42,648 nucleotides of DNA. Origin: a virus. Its lineage: Duplodnaviria > Caudoviricetes. A program made the translations under genes and the position numbers. Shown piece after piece: positions 1 through 8,626 of the stretch (positions are counted from its first letter, which is position 1; every line of letters begins with the position of its first letter). The notes beneath the pieces are model-generated. The model saw nothing but the letters and a program-made list of their open reading frames with translations. It ran no database searches and was not told the origin of the DNA. The stretch covers positions 1 through 42,648 of IMG/VR virus record IMGVR_UViG_3300017912_003473. One strand, 5' to 3'.

Positions 1-141
1 GCCCTATCGCAGCAGTGGACCCCGGTTGCCCTAATCCAAACCCAGCACTATGGCTTGACGACTTAAGCGGATATACTGGCTACGTTAGCAACAAGCTTCC
101 GCATAGCTGGCTACCTCAAAAGCCAACCGATGTCTTGGCCC
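1..141. repeat. Terminal direct repeat (circular assembly overlap), copy 1
   Basis: 1-141 is identical to 42508-42648; 141 nt is a typical assembler k-mer overlap, and a reading frame continues across the junction. Confidence 0.95.
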
Positions 142-215
142 ACGGTATCATAACGCTTAAAGCGGAGGCAGAGAGCGCGGCAGCGTTTCGCAGCAGTAAG
201 GATGAGAGGTGGTAA

Positions 216-3200
216 ATGGCGATTCGCAGGGTGACAGTTGAAGAGGTTGAGCTAAGAGTCAAGGGCGTCGAGAAGGTCAAGAAAGGCTACGACAAAATCG
301 ACAAGGCCCAAGACAAGCTCGCAGCGTCTTCTCGTCGCACGGCGGGCGCTATGGGCCGGATGATGCAGGGCGCTGGCCGAATGGGCATGAGCTTCGGTCA
401 GGCAGCAACCGCTGCCGCTGGATTTGCCGCATCTCTGCTTGTCGTCCAGAAAGCCATCAGCGCACTCAAAGCGCCTGTGTCCCTCGCTATCGACTTCGAG
501 AAGAACTTCGCGCAAATCAAAACGCTGTCGAAGGATGTAAATGAGAGCGTGCGCCAAGACCTGCTTGGGCTTGCAGCCAATGTGCCACAGACCGCTGCCG
601 ATGTGACCAAAGCAGCCTATCAAGCTATCTCGGCGGGCGTGCAAGTGAGCGATGTTGTGCCATTCTTGCGAGAGGCAAGCAAGGTTGCCGTGGGTGGGGC
701 TACGTCACTGACAAGCGCGGTCGACTTGCTGACATCAGCAACCAACGCATTCAGAAATCAAAACTTGACGGCTGCCGATGCTGCCGACTCTTTTTTCACG
801 GCCGTCAAAGAGGGCAAGACGACCATCGAAGAGATAAACGCAGTCTTCGGCCGTGGCGCTGCAATGGCGCAGTTCGGTGTGTCCATCGACGAGATGAATG
901 CAGCGCTTGCCGCGCTCACTAAGCAAGGTATGCCGACGGCCGAAGCAATGACGCGGCTTCAGGCGCTCGTCAAGACGATAGCTAACCCGGTCGGCCAGGT
1001 TGCCAAGGGCTTCAAGGCGTTAGGCTTTGAAGCTGGCGTCTCGCGCTTGCAGAATGAGGGCTTGATTGCAGTTCTGTCAGACCTGCAAGAGAAGACCATG
1101 GGTTCGACCGAGATACTAGGCACACTCACACGACGACAAGAGGCTAACAGCGCAGCGCTCGGGCTGCTCGGCAACAACTATCGCGAGACAATTGAGACGT
1201 TCGAGGCGTTCTCGGAGAAGTCAGGCGCAGCAGCAGCAGCAAACGACATAATGGCAGACACTGTAAGCGGGTTAATCAATCGCTTCAGCGCATTAAAAGA
1301 AGATGTGCTTAGACGCATGGGCGAGGAGGTCTTGCCACTTGTCAACGAGGCGCTTGAGGGCTTCATCAGGTTCCTTAGCGTCCATGGCGGCGAGCTTGTC
1401 AACACAGTGGGCAGTGCAGCGAAGACTGTGATGGACTTCGGTAAGTTTATCATCGCAAACAAAGATGCAATTGCAGCAGGAATCAAGGCGATGTTCGCTG
1501 TCGTCGCTGTGCAGATATTTATCTCGACGGTAGCTGCTGCTGGCACTGCTTTCGCAGGCGCGATGACGACGCTCGCAGCGACAGGCGCGTCTGCTTTCAT
1601 GGCCACGCTTGGCGGCACGCTCTCAGCTCTAGCAGCGGGCGGGCCGATGCTCGCTGTCATGGCAGGCATCGGCGTTGCGCTCGGCAACATGCTTGGCGAC
1701 TCCGCAGGTGCTCAAGCATCAGCAAAGCTCGAAGAGTCAATCACCCGAATCAAGGCTCGCATTGCATCAGCTGAGCTTGCAGAGAAGCGCGCAAGGCGTA
1801 AGGCCGGCTATGCAAGCAAGCAAGCAGAAGAAAAGCAGCGCCGACAAGTTGCAGCCGGTCAGGCGTTCATGTTTACAGGGGAAGAGGGCCAGGCCGTTGA
1901 GCGATACCAGCAGATAAGAACGACCGAAGAAGCGGCAGTACAGACCGAAGCTGGAGCGTTCATCCCAATGCAGGTCACTCAGCCCGGCGTTGCAGCCGCT
2001 GGCCAGGTCAAGACAGTGCAGCAGGCATATGACGAGCTTCGCGAGCGTGTAAAATCTGAGATGACTTTCAATGAGTCTCTAAACGAGCTAGAGCGAGAGC
2101 AGTTCATCCACGCCGAGACAGAAGAGCGATTGGCACGACGCGCGTCTCAAGAGGCTGAGCAGCGCAGGCAGAATGCTGAAAAGCTGCAAGGGCAGCTTGA
2201 CGGTGCTCGTTTGGCTTATCGTGACAACAGAGAAACGCGTCGCAAGCTTGCCGCGTCGATACAGGCTGGCACAGCGGAGGACAAAGAAGAGGCCCAGAGG
2301 CAGCTCAAGAGTATGGATGAGCAGCTCGCTAGAAACAAAGCAGAGCTTGAGAAGACAATCGACTACGTGGCAGGGCTGCGCAAGTCGGCACTAATCGAAG
2401 AAGAGGTAACGAAGGTCACACGCAAGCGCGGTCGAGAAATCGAGGAGCGGCTCAAGTACCAGGCAAAGCAAGAGAAGAAGGCAGCAGAGCAGCGCAAGCT
2501 CGCAGCAAAGTTTAGAGGCGCAAAAGGCGGCGGCCGCAGACAGGCGGCAGGCCGCGACGATTCAGCCGCACGCGCACAGCGAGAAGCAGAGCAGCGCTTG
2601 CGATTCGAGGAGCAGCAGCGAGAGCAGGCTGAGCGCGCCAGGGTGCAGCGCGGAATAAAATATGACCCCATGGAACTGTTCGAACCCGGCCAAGAGCGCG
2701 TGACGGAAGCTGAACAGTCAATGGAACTGCGACTGGCTCAGGAAGAACAGAAAGCAAGACAGCAATTCGAGAAACTAAAAGGCACAGAGCAACAGAAGGC
2801 TGACGCGCTGCAAGCGATGAGTCTAAACAACTTGCAGCGACGACTGCTCGCAGAGGCAGAGCTTAAGAAGCAAAGCGAAGACGTGCAACAGCAGCTCGAC
2901 ATACAGAACGCCGAGCTTTATTCACAGTTCACCGGGCTAACGGCAGAGGCCGAGATAATGAAGCTCGACCAAGACTTACAGCGAAAAATGGACCTTTATG
3001 ACAAATATGGTAAAGACACAACAGAGCTTGAGGTCCACTACGCAAACCTACGAATGAAGATCGCAGAAGACGAGCGCAAGACTATTGAGAGCGCTGTGCG
3101 GCAAAGCAACATCGATATCACAGGGTCAATCGGCACAACCATTAGCGCAATCTCAGAGGTTGCTGAGGCGGCAGGCGCAAGCCGAGAGGTGATGGCAGTG

Positions 3201-3701
3201 TTAGAGGCTGGCCAGATTATCGCAAAGGGCGTTTACCACAAATTCATGGCGGGCAGTGAGTTTGCGAACGCAGCTTCAGCCGCAGCGCTGGCGTTCGGCG
3301 GAGCTAACCCAATTGCAGCAGCAAAAGCAAAGGCGCACACGGCGGCAGGCATCATGCACACCGTGCAGGCAGGCGCGGCAGCTGTGCAGGCAGGAATCGC
3401 ACTTGCGGGCGGGTTTGGGGGCGGCGGTGGTCGAGGCTCAGCAGGCGGGGGCGCTGCGGCCGGTCTACAATACCAGCAGCCAGCGAACGCGGGCAGGCTT
3501 GCCGACCGAGAGCGAGACGACCAGCCAGCGGCCGCGATACAATTCGGCGACATCGTTCTCTCGGATGTGCCAGCGCTGTTCAGCCGTGCAGGCATTAACG
3601 CGCTCGGTCAATCGATATCCGGCAGCGTCGTCGAAGCAATCAACCGGCAAAACGCGATACCGGGCGGCGCTCGGCTGTCGCGCAGGTCTTCGAGGAGATA
3701 A
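216..3701 (+). CDS. Tail tape measure protein (TP901-family core)
   Basis: 1161 aa, Ala-rich helical/coiled coil; motifs DFEKNFAQIKTL, AAYQAISAG, FTAVKEGKTTIEE; follows the tail chaperone on the circle. Confidence 0.92.
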   Translation: MAIRRVTVEEVELRVKGVEKVKKGYDKIDKAQDKLAASSRRTAGAMGRMMQGAGRMGMSFGQAATAAAGFAASLLVVQKAISALKAPVSLAIDFEKNFAQIKTLSKDVNESVRQDLLGLAANVPQTAADVTKAAYQAISAGVQVSDVVPFLREASKVAVGGATSLTSAVDLLTSATNAFRNQNLTAADAADSFFTAVKEGKTTIEEINAVFGRGAAMAQFGVSIDEMNAALAALTKQGMPTAEAMTRLQALVKTIANPVGQVAKGFKALGFEAGVSRLQNEGLIAVLSDLQEKTMGSTEILGTLTRRQEANSAALGLLGNNYRETIETFEAFSEKSGAAAAANDIMADTVSGLINRFSALKEDVLRRMGEEVLPLVNEALEGFIRFLSVHGGELVNTVGSAAKTVMDFGKFIIANKDAIAAGIKAMFAVVAVQIFISTVAAAGTAFAGAMTTLAATGASAFMATLGGTLSALAAGGPMLAVMAGIGVALGNMLGDSAGAQASAKLEESITRIKARIASAELAEKRARRKAGYASKQAEEKQRRQVAAGQAFMFTGEEGQAVERYQQIRTTEEAAVQTEAGAFIPMQVTQPGVAAAGQVKTVQQAYDELRERVKSEMTFNESLNELEREQFIHAETEERLARRASQEAEQRRQNAEKLQGQLDGARLAYRDNRETRRKLAASIQAGTAEDKEEAQRQLKSMDEQLARNKAELEKTIDYVAGLRKSALIEEEVTKVTRKRGREIEERLKYQAKQEKKAAEQRKLAAKFRGAKGGGRRQAAGRDDSAARAQREAEQRLRFEEQQREQAERARVQRGIKYDPMELFEPGQERVTEAEQSMELRLAQEEQKARQQFEKLKGTEQQKADALQAMSLNNLQRRLLAEAELKKQSEDVQQQLDIQNAELYSQFTGLTAEAEIMKLDQDLQRKMDLYDKYGKDTTELEVHYANLRMKIAEDERKTIESAVRQSNIDITGSIGTTISAISEVAEAAGASREVMAVLEAGQIIAKGVYHKFMAGSEFANAASAAALAFGGANPIAAAKAKAHTAAGIMHTVQAGAAAVQAGIALAGGFGGGGGRGSAGGGAAAGLQYQQPANAGRLADRERDDQPAAAIQFGDIVLSDVPALFSRAGINALGQSISGSVVEAINRQNAIPGGARLSRRSSRR

Positions 3702-3703
3702 CC

Positions 3704-5053
3704 ATGCCAGACACAAGAATTGTCAGACACTGCCCAGCGCTCGCAGCAGAGCACGACGTGCGCGGGTTCGCCTCGCAGACATTCTATAAGGTTGTGGGCG
3801 CAGACACTGTTACAGTGCCGCTGCCGACGTACACTGAGCCGCATTGGGATGCTGTGGCGCTGCTTAACGGATATGGAAGCCGAGACGGGCAGACGTTGAG
3901 CGATGTGATGAACTTGGCTTGGGCAGCCGGCGGCAACCTCGGCACACTAACGGCAAAAATAAACGAGGATACTGACCTTTTTGAGATAAGCATCTCAGGC
4001 GGCGGCAGCATCTCACTTGAGGCAGACAGCGGCAGCGAGGACCACGCTCTCTACGGGTTCCCGACGGCAGGACTGGCTGCGGGAATCACGCTTACCGCAA
4101 CAGGGCCATGGCGTCGCGGTGTGTTCATGCCCACGGGTGGTATAAGGCTCAGTCAAGCGGGCGGCTTCACGGTCACACTGCCAGACCCAAATCAGCGCAT
4201 GAGAAAGCAGAGTCTGCCAACCTGGATACGAGAGCGCGGGCTTAACACTGACAACGATGACGTATGGTCAGGCAAGACCCTAGAAGACGCAGTAGAAGTG
4301 CAAACAGCGGCAGCGGGCACACCTTTTATTGCTTACGTCTCAATGCTTGTTGAGGCAGATGGACATTGTAGCGTCGATGTCTTATCTGGGCATACCGTGT
4401 CGCTCAAATCGACAGACGACGCGTGCGCGTTTTGGCGCACCTTTGGATTTGATGGCACCGAGACATTCACAACGCACGGCAATCGCAAGTACATCAAGTC
4501 AACCTATCCTGTAACGACATTCTTTGCGTCACCAGCGGGCTATGTAGAATTCCGCCGCTTCACTGAGTACCGTGACAACCACGCGCTAATGGCCAACGCG
4601 TCAGTAGTGACAGCAGGGCTTGCACCATATCAAGGCTTCAACCTAACGCTGCGCGCGCACGGGCCAGCGCGAGGCCCAAGTGAGAGCCAAGAGAAGCACT
4701 TGCGACACTTCATGCAGCATGTGCGGCGTCGCGTCACGTTCTATCCACAGTGGAGAGACCTTGACCACGCAGACGGCAGCATTGAGGTCCGACGACACCG
4801 AGACCTGCAAAACGCTGTGTTCAATGTCGATAAATACGGCAACTATCACACGACCGAAGCAGACGCAGAGGCCAACCACTACGCACGGCGCAAGGGCGGC
4901 AGGCTGTGTATGCGACTTCATCCGAAGAGCGGGCAGATGACACAAGAGAATTACACAGGGCAGCAGATAGACGCTTATCAGGACTTGCAGTTCAAGCTGC
5001 TAGATGACACATCTCGCCCAGTGGTCGACGATGACAGGAGTGGCACGGCATGA
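3704..5053 (+). CDS. Putative virion protein (distal-tail position)
   Basis: 449 aa ORF starting 2 nt after the tape measure stop; function inferred from position only. Confidence 0.6.
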   Translation: MPDTRIVRHCPALAAEHDVRGFASQTFYKVVGADTVTVPLPTYTEPHWDAVALLNGYGSRDGQTLSDVMNLAWAAGGNLGTLTAKINEDTDLFEISISGGGSISLEADSGSEDHALYGFPTAGLAAGITLTATGPWRRGVFMPTGGIRLSQAGGFTVTLPDPNQRMRKQSLPTWIRERGLNTDNDDVWSGKTLEDAVEVQTAAAGTPFIAYVSMLVEADGHCSVDVLSGHTVSLKSTDDACAFWRTFGFDGTETFTTHGNRKYIKSTYPVTTFFASPAGYVEFRRFTEYRDNHALMANASVVTAGLAPYQGFNLTLRAHGPARGPSESQEKHLRHFMQHVRRRVTFYPQWRDLDHADGSIEVRRHRDLQNAVFNVDKYGNYHTTEADAEANHYARRKGGRLCMRLHPKSGQMTQENYTGQQIDAYQDLQFKLLDDTSRPVVDDDRSGTA

Positions 5054-5205
5054 AACAATTGACGCTTATCATCCTGCTTGGGCTTACCGGCTGCCCAGGA
5101 CCAGAGGCAACATGGCGCGACGAGTACATCATAGACAACTGTCTACGCTGCAAAGAGTGCTGCATGATTGTAACACCAGAAGACGAGGGCGAGGCCGATG
5201 ATTAA
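5050..5205 (+). CDS. Small putative lipoprotein (51 aa)
   Basis: ATGA overlap with the upstream stop; MKQLTLIILLGLTGC-PGPEATWRDEYIIDNCLRCKECC...: basic N-terminus, hydrophobic core, lipobox LTGC; below the ORF-track size cutoff. Confidence 0.65.
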   Translation: MKQLTLIILLGLTGCPGPEATWRDEYIIDNCLRCKECCMIVTPEDEGEADD

Positions 5206-5402
5206 CTCTTCGGGCCTTCTGGCTTTTCGCTTTCTCGCTTTCTGGCGCACGCGGGACAAGTCAAGCCATCAGAAGCCAGCACCCGCACGACCATTCTAAA
5301 ACGACAGCGATTGCATTCAACGCCGCAGACAGGCGCAGGCACGCCATCTAGCGTTGCGCCTACCCAGGTCATTAAAACAGTAAAATCATCTTCAGTCGCC
5401 AT
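5202..5402 (-). CDS. Small zinc-ribbon-like protein
   Basis: 66 aa with CNRC...CPAC; TATATT lies 6 nt upstream of the ATG. Confidence 0.55.
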   Translation of the reverse strand: MATEDDFTVLMTWVGATLDGVPAPVCGVECNRCRFRMVVRVLASDGLTCPACARKRESEKPEGPKS

Positions 5403-5500
5403 GCTTTCAATATAGCTGCTCGGCAGCTCAATCGCCGCACTTTCTTAATAGTGACCGAGCATGTAACCTGCTGTGGGGTAACCACTTACACGAGCACATC

Positions 5501-6055
5501 ATGAGCCGTCAGAAGCTAATTGAAGAGTTCTTAGCGTCGCGCTCTACTACGCTTTACAAGGGCGGCACACCTAAGAACGAGAAGCAGGCAGCTCAGCGCT
5601 TCGAGTGCCAAAAGATTGCAGGCGGCTGCACGCTGACTGGCCGCGCTTGCGGCATTCGACACATGCTTGCAGTGAAGCGGCACGCAGGCTCGCTCAACGG
5701 TGCGCGAGCATTCGACAACGCGGGCATGTTTGATGCGAGATGCGATAAGGTTTGCAGCGAGTGCAGCGACGGGGCAGCCCGCGCTCAATTGCTCGGCATC
5801 GATGAAGTAGACTTGCGCAGGCGAGCGGTCAAGCGCTCGGTCTCACAAAAGCCTCGCGGCGGCAGGATGAGCGCAACCCCAGCGCAGCTCACAATACTAA
5901 TCCAGAAAGAACGTTTTACCACCGACGATGTAATGCAGGCGCTTCAAATCACGAAGTGGTCGGCCGCGAAGTGGTGCAGGCGGCATCTCGATAGCGGAGA
6001 TATCGAGCGCGTGGGCAAAGATGGCAGGCGCTGGATTTATCAAGTCGGCAAGTAA
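5501..6055 (+). CDS. Cys-rich protein with C-terminal winged HTH
   Basis: Multiple Cys in the N-terminal half; C-terminal FTTDDVMQALQITKWSAAKWCRRHLDSGDIERVG...WIY fits a wHTH pattern. Confidence 0.6.
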   Translation: MSRQKLIEEFLASRSTTLYKGGTPKNEKQAAQRFECQKIAGGCTLTGRACGIRHMLAVKRHAGSLNGARAFDNAGMFDARCDKVCSECSDGAARAQLLGIDEVDLRRRAVKRSVSQKPRGGRMSATPAQLTILIQKERFTTDDVMQALQITKWSAAKWCRRHLDSGDIERVGKDGRRWIYQVGK

Positions 6056-6312
6056 TAAATGTCACCACCACGCCGAGCGCTGCGCTCTATCTTCTTGACC
6101 TTACGGTACTTGTAAAGGTCCGTAAGCAGACCACGAGCGAAGTGCACAGCAGCACGGTCAGCATGGAAGGCGTTCTCACCGCTGTAGAGCTTCGCATCCA
6201 CCAGAAAGCCAGCTGCTTCTCGGATTGTTATACCTTTGCTCGGCGTCTTCGCTGCCGAGATAAGCTTGTCCATCAGCGCAGCTTTCGCGACATCTCTATC
6301 GTTTACTTTCAA
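6040..6312 (-). CDS. Hypothetical protein, possible wHTH DNA-binding
   Basis: 90 aa basic ORF overlapping the SLT gene end; GITIREAA...LLTDLYKYRKVKKI...IYYL. Confidence 0.55.
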   Translation of the reverse strand: MKVNDRDVAKAALMDKLISAAKTPSKGITIREAAGFLVDAKLYSGENAFHADRAAVHFARGLLTDLYKYRKVKKIERSARRGGDIYYLPT

Positions 6313-6718
6313 CTTTCAACCCTATTCGTTTGGCTAGTCTAATTACTGCGCGAGCATATCGAATCGAACGCTTGCCGCACTTGTATCCTGCATTGTACTT
6401 GCAGACGGTCTCTGTGTCATTGCTTGCATGTTTCTGCCATGCGAGATAGGCGCGCACACCAGCCTGCACCAGGTCGCAGCCTGTCTCTTTGCCATCAGGG
6501 CAGAAGTAACGCGGCAGCACTTGTAGTGGACCGCGCGCGCCGGCGTTGCTCGTTGCATCGGTCAGCCGGCTTTCATGATAGGCAAGTGAGAGCAGCATCT
6601 CAGCTCGAATGTCAGCAGCTCGCGCAGCGCTCTCGATGTCTTCGCAGTATCTTTTTTGTTCCGCGGTCGGGCTCGACAGGCCAACAATCGCGAAAAGTGC
6701 AACACATATCGGCGTCAT
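6296..6718 (-). CDS. Lytic transglycosylase (SLT domain) with N-terminal signal/anchor
   Basis: SLT motifs AYHES (catalytic Glu), GARGPLQV, YNAG; start reassigned to MTPICVALFAIVGLS at 6718. Confidence 0.85.
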   Translation of the reverse strand: MTPICVALFAIVGLSSPTAEQKRYCEDIESAARAADIRAEMLLSLAYHESRLTDATSNAGARGPLQVLPRYFCPDGKETGCDLVQAGVRAYLAWQKHASNDTETVCKYNAGYKCGKRSIRYARAVIRLAKRIGLKVESKR

Positions 6719-6785
6719 AAGTTGCCTGTTTATAAGGGTTTTTCGGAACGTATCACAAAAAAACGAAAAAAAGCACAAATAGTTG

Positions 6786-6853
6786 TTGCGTACCAATGTA
6801 CACAGCTGTACATTGGTTTCACACAGAGCGGCACACCGCAGAAAGGAACCGAG
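6786..6853 (+). promoter_or_regulatory. Sigma70-type promoter P1 with palindromic operator and conserved leader
   Basis: TTGCGT(6786)-17nt-TACATT(6809); perfect palindrome ACCAATGTACA-CAGC-TGTACATTGGT (6792-6817); upstream A-tracts; leader ACAGAGCGGCACACCGCAGAAAGGAA. Confidence 0.8.
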
Positions 6854-7039
6854 ATGAACAACTTGATCGATATCACCGAGATGAGCGACGCGGCACTTGA
6901 CGTATACCTTCGAGCCAAGGGCGGCGAGGACAACGTTTGCGTTGAGCACCTAACAGTCACCGAGCGTCGCATGGTTGCGGAGGCAATGGGCTGGAACATG
7001 CGCAGTGCGCTCACTCAGCACTGGATCATGGGTAAATAA
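6854..7039 (+). CDS. Hypothetical protein (61 aa)
   Basis: Strong SD AGAAAGGA before the ATG (MNNLIDITEM...), directly after P1. Confidence 0.7.
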   Translation: MNNLIDITEMSDAALDVYLRAKGGEDNVCVEHLTVTERRMVAEAMGWNMRSALTQHWIMGK

Positions 7040-7072
7040 TCTAATGCCCGCAAGGGCTGAAAGGGTGGGCTT

Positions 7073-7300
7073 ATGTCTGCTTTGTTTTCTTCTTCTTCTT
7101 CTTCTTTCTCTGTTGTTCGCGACACTGGCCGATTCGGCGACGTGTTCTTTGCTGTCGTTGATGGCGACGGGTGGACTGTTGCCTGCTATCTCGAATCCGA
7201 GGGAGGTGAGGCGATGGCTAAGCGCCACGCTGAAACCGGACGGCATCAGAGCGCGCCTATCGCGCCTTCAACCGAGGTGCTTGCGCTCTTTTCCAGATAG
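7073..7300 (+). CDS. Hypothetical protein (75 aa)
   Basis: Fits between neighbours; G-rich SD-like sequence; (TCT)6 poly-Ser near the start. Confidence 0.45.
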   Translation: MSALFSSSSSSFSVVRDTGRFGDVFFAVVDGDGWTVACYLESEGGEAMAKRHAETGRHQSAPIAPSTEVLALFSR

Positions 7301-7392
7301 CGACACCATCGCAGAAAAAACAAAAAATCTGCGATGGCGCAAAATTGCGTCTTGTGCATATCAACAAGCAGCAGAGCAAAAAAGGGGAAGAC

Positions 7393-7653
7393 ATGAGAGC
7401 AGGAAACGAAAACATGAGAAGCGTACAGCGCATGGTCATCGAAGAGCACAGCAACGCAACGGTAAGTAATGGCAAGGGCGCTGTGATGGTGGCTGAGATG
7501 TTCGGCCAGCCTACGCTTGTAAAGCTCGCGCCGTTATCACTCGGCGGGCTATCGCGACGCGCTGAGTACATTGAACTATTCGACGCGGCAGCAGCTCGCA
7601 TCGGGTTTAAGCGCGACAAGCGATGCCGTAGCGGCTGGCGGAGGGTCAGATAA
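7393..7653 (+). CDS. Hypothetical protein
   Basis: SD AAGGGG before ATG at 7393; stop overlaps the next start (TAATG). Confidence 0.55.
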   Translation: MRAGNENMRSVQRMVIEEHSNATVSNGKGAVMVAEMFGQPTLVKLAPLSLGGLSRRAEYIELFDAAAARIGFKRDKRCRSGWRRVR

Positions 7654-7787
7654 TGCGCTCGCTAGTGATGCACAAACCAACCGGCCAGACAATCGAGGTG
7701 CTAGGCGGAAACCGTGAAATTATCCGCGAGATTCTAGCTCTCTTCGGCGATGTTCTTTTATCCGATATCGCAATTGTCAGAATCTAG
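7653..7787 (+). CDS. Hypothetical protein (44 aa)
   Basis: TAATG coupling; MRSLVMHKPTGQTIEVLGGNREIIREILALFGDVLLSDIAIVRI. Confidence 0.45.
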   Translation: MRSLVMHKPTGQTIEVLGGNREIIREILALFGDVLLSDIAIVRI

Positions 7788-7790
7788 CTG

Positions 7791-7824
7791 TTGAACATTG
7801 CGCCTGTGTTCTCTACTGTACACT
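7791..7824 (+). promoter_or_regulatory. Putative promoter for replication genes
   Basis: TTGAAC-17nt-TACTGT upstream of SD AAGGA and ATG 7841; overlaps a TGTACA half-site. Confidence 0.45.
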
Positions 7825-7840
7825 CGAAAGGATAGCAACA

Positions 7841-8626
7841 ATGAGTAAGCAGGCCTACCAATGGGCGGCTGCGCTGACTGTGCCGGTTAAACCCGGCGGC
7901 AGCTCGGTGCTGGCCAAGAGTGTCTTACTGTGTCTTGCATGGCACGCGGACGCTGACGGAAAGAACGCGCGACCATCGAGGAGCACAATTTCAACGCACA
8001 CAGGCGCATCCGTTCGCAGCATCGTGAGAGCGTTGCAGCAGCTTGAAGAATGCGGCGCGATTTCAAAGCAAAGCGGACACAATAATCACTCGACTGCGAC
8101 CTATGCACTGAATCTCAAAAGTGACAGCCTGTCATTGAAAAGTGCCAACGTGTCCAATTTCAAAAGTGACAGCCTGTCATTGAAAAGTGCCAACGTGTCA
8201 TTCAAAAGTGCCAACGTGTCCGTCAAAAGTGCCAACGTGTCACCCAAACAGATAAACAGTAAGAATAGATTAACAGATGAGAGCGCAGCCACCACCGAAC
8301 TAATCAACAAGTGGGTAGACATATCTGGCCAGCTGGCTGTGTCACCAGTCGATGGTAGAGCGTTAACAAATATCATCAGCATTCACGGCGTCGACAAATT
8401 TAGAGCGGCGCTCGATGAGCTGGACAGAGACAAGAAGAAGATGGCACAAGTCGGCAAGCCATGGCGGCGACTGTCAATCAAAGCCATACTTGATCGCATA
8501 GAACGAGCAGAGCAGAGAAGAAAGAAAACAGTAGGCGTGTCACTCGATGACGCATGGGGGAGAAGCAGGCCGAGTGCGCAGCAGTCGAGCCTGTTTGAAA
8601 AGCTAGGAAAGGAGAGCGCGAGATGA
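7841..8626 (+). CDS. Replication initiator (N-terminal HTH, lambda O-like organisation)
   Basis: KSVLLCLAWHAD...RPSRSTISTHTGASVRSIVRALQQLEECGAI HTH; internal iterons; followed by a DnaC-like gene. Confidence 0.85.
   Translation: MSKQAYQWAAALTVPVKPGGSSVLAKSVLLCLAWHADADGKNARPSRSTISTHTGASVRSIVRALQQLEECGAISKQSGHNNHSTATYALNLKSDSLSLKSANVSNFKSDSLSLKSANVSFKSANVSVKSANVSPKQINSKNRLTDESAATTELINKWVDISGQLAVSPVDGRALTNIISIHGVDKFRAALDELDRDKKKMAQVGKPWRRLSIKAILDRIERAEQRRKKTVGVSLDDAWGRSRPSAQQSSLFEKLGKESAR
8116..8242. repeat. Iteron array, probable replication origin
   Basis: Six copies at about 21-24 bp spacing: AAAAGTGACAGCCTGTC (x2) and AAAAGTGCCAACGTGTC (x4), followed by an A-rich stretch. Confidence 0.85.

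Noticed and set aside
15-215. Stand-alone 66-aa ORF
   Set aside because: It is the 3' end of the frameshifted chaperone frame that wraps around the circular junction
6719-6949. N-terminal extension of the SLT ORF and the 6656 start of the + strand ORF
   Set aside because: Both run through the divergent promoter region; better starts exist at 6718 (-) and 6854 (+)
7046-7057. GCCC-GCAA-GGGC hairpin as a lambda-like nut boxB
   Set aside because: No boxA or N-like protein recognised; a 4-bp GNRA hairpin is weak evidence
7088-7105. (TCT)6 as a phase-variation tract
   Set aside because: Trinucleotide unit keeps the frame; only a poly-Ser length change
7306-7337. CCATCGCAGA...TCTGCGATGG hairpin as an intrinsic terminator
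   Set aside because: The inverted repeat is real but lacks a downstream U-tract on the + strand; function left uncalled
8116-8242. CRISPR or mini-CRISPR array
   Set aside because: Repeats nearly abut with no unique spacers and lie in frame within the initiator gene; iterons fit better
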